Assembly (NCBI RefSeq): GCF_004010195.1
Contig: NC_057728.1
Location: 46,794,349-46,828,166, forward strand
Direction: 5' to 3'
DNA: 33,818 bases
DNA from: Chiloscyllium plagiosum
Taxonomy: Eukaryota
Under the pieces are notes generated by a model. It ran no database searches. It was not told the origin of the DNA and saw only the letters and a list, made by a program, of their open reading frames with translations. Below are positions 32,421 through 33,818 of this stretch, in pieces. Numbering within the stretch: the first letter of the stretch is position 1; each line of letters begins with the position of its first letter. The translations under genes were made by a program, and so were the position numbers.

Positions 32421-33190
32421 TCTATAATTCTGTTTTACTTTGTTCCTCAATGAAAAATGACATACTGTGACCTTTCATTTCTGCAGCTGCTCACAAAATG
32501 ATCTCTTGATTCTGTAAAATTCCATTTAAGTAGCACAAATTCTGGTCAAGGAATATAGTAATTCAATCTTGCCTCCGAATTGTCTCTATTTTTTGGGGAT
32601 CTTTTAACTTTTGGCTATTAATTCTACTGTGTTAAGGCTGTATAAACCTCTACTCTTAATGTTTATATTTCTGGTCAAGATACCTGACTTGAGAAATACC
32701 TCCAAATCCTGTTTCAATATTTTCAGTTCTGTGAGGAGATTTACTCTGAACCTATTTAACCTAGGAAGTTTTGTGGATTTTCTGACAATATACCTTTGAC
32801 CTTGTTTCTGTAAATCAAGCACACAATCTAATCACTTATTTGTCTCAAGTGAGTTGAACTTGCCTCTAAATAGGCATTTGTCTTTTTTCCAGCAAGCTGT
32901 GATTTCAATGCTCTCAATCACTGAAACAATTGAGTGTCATGCATGTTTGCATAATTTAAGACTGTCAACCACTTCACCTGTAGAAAGCATAATTGTTGAT
33001 TGTTCAAGAACAATGGGCTATATCAATATGATGTTTTTTTAAATCACAAATTTCCATGTCCTGTTGATGATAATCTAATGATCGATCACTCATAAGATTG
33101 ATTCAGTCCACGGATGAATTTATTTAAAACAATGACTCACAGTACACATTATGAAGCAAACAGCAATCAAACGATTTCTGTGCTTTTGCA

Positions 33191-33422
33191 AGTTGCAGAG
33201 GCACAGCAGACTGAGCACCAGGCAGAATTGTATCATTATATACACACAACATATGGAGTCCTTAAAAGTGAACCCTCTTAAAGGTATAGAACATAGAACA
33301 TAGAACAGTTGTAGAGGCACAGCAGACTGAGCACCAGGCAGAATTGTATCATTATATACACACAACATATGGAGTCCTTAAAAGTGAACCCTCTTAAAGG
33401 TATAGAACATAGAACATAGAAC
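33191..33422. repeat. 116-bp direct tandem duplication
   Basis: 33191-33306 and 33307-33422 are identical except one C/T; each unit is about 95 bp of flank plus (TAGAACA)3. Confidence 0.95.
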
Positions 33423-33818
33423 ATAGAACAATACAGCACAGAACAGGCCCTTCGGCCCACGATGTTATGCCGAACATTTGTCCTAGCTTAAGCACCCATC
33501 CATGTACCTATCCAATTGCCGCTTAAAGGTCGCCAATGATTCTGACTCTGCCACTCCCACAGGCAGCGCATTCCATGCCCCCACCACTCTCTGGGTAAAG
33601 AACCCACCCCTGACATCTCCCCTATACCTTCCACCCTTCACCGTAAATTTATGTCCCCTTGTAACACTCTATTGTACCCGGGGAAAAAGTTTCTGACCGT
33701 CTACTCTATCTATTCCTCTGATCATCTTAAAAACCTCTATCAAGTCACCCCTCATCCTTCGCCGTTCCAACGAGAAAAGGCCGAGAACTCTCAACCTAGC
33801 CTCGTACGACTTCCTCTC
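33403..33818 (-). mobile_element. CR1 3' end, well preserved (runs off the window)
   Basis: (TAGAACA)4 tail, CAGCACAGAACAGGCCCTTCGGCCCAC, GCATTCCATGC (WNAL antisense), ACCTCTATCAAGTCACCCCTCATCCTT (RMRGDLIEV antisense). Confidence 0.93.

Noticed and set aside
33191..33428. CRISPR-like or satellite array
   Set aside because: Only two units with no variable spacers, in eukaryotic DNA; the 7-mer repeat is a CR1 tail
1..33818. Plus-strand bias of HE1 and CR1 copies as evidence for an enclosing minus-strand gene
   Set aside because: Numbers are small and several large CR1 copies lie on the minus strand

Overview
Repeat-dense eukaryotic non-coding DNA, almost certainly from an elasmobranch (shark): four HE1 SINEs, many CR1/HER1 LINE fragments and shark-type Penelope-like elements (PLEs). 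No host protein-coding gene is recognisable. Every interpretable ORF in the track is a retroelement remnant (CR1 ORF2, two GIY-YIG PLE ORFs, Ty3/Gypsy pol); a degraded Tx1 ORF2 end is also visible. The main signal is three different PLE families that each carry a minimal type-I hammerhead ribozyme motif (CUGANGA, stem II, GAAA, palindromic ACGU/AGCU, cleavage site). Five short copies (about 170-300 bp) are fold-back palindromes with hammerhead motifs or their remnants on both strands, a one-sided 35-40 nt tail and, in four of five, 11-15 bp target-site duplications (TSDs). Other points: a three-level CR1/CR1/PLE nest missing about 1 kb of RT, a CR1 copy with a twin-priming-like inversion, a Tigger-like MITE, a 116-bp tandem duplication spanning a CR1 tail junction, and two assembly gaps. 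Family assignments come from my recall of consensus motifs, not from a database search. Boundaries of old repeats are approximate.
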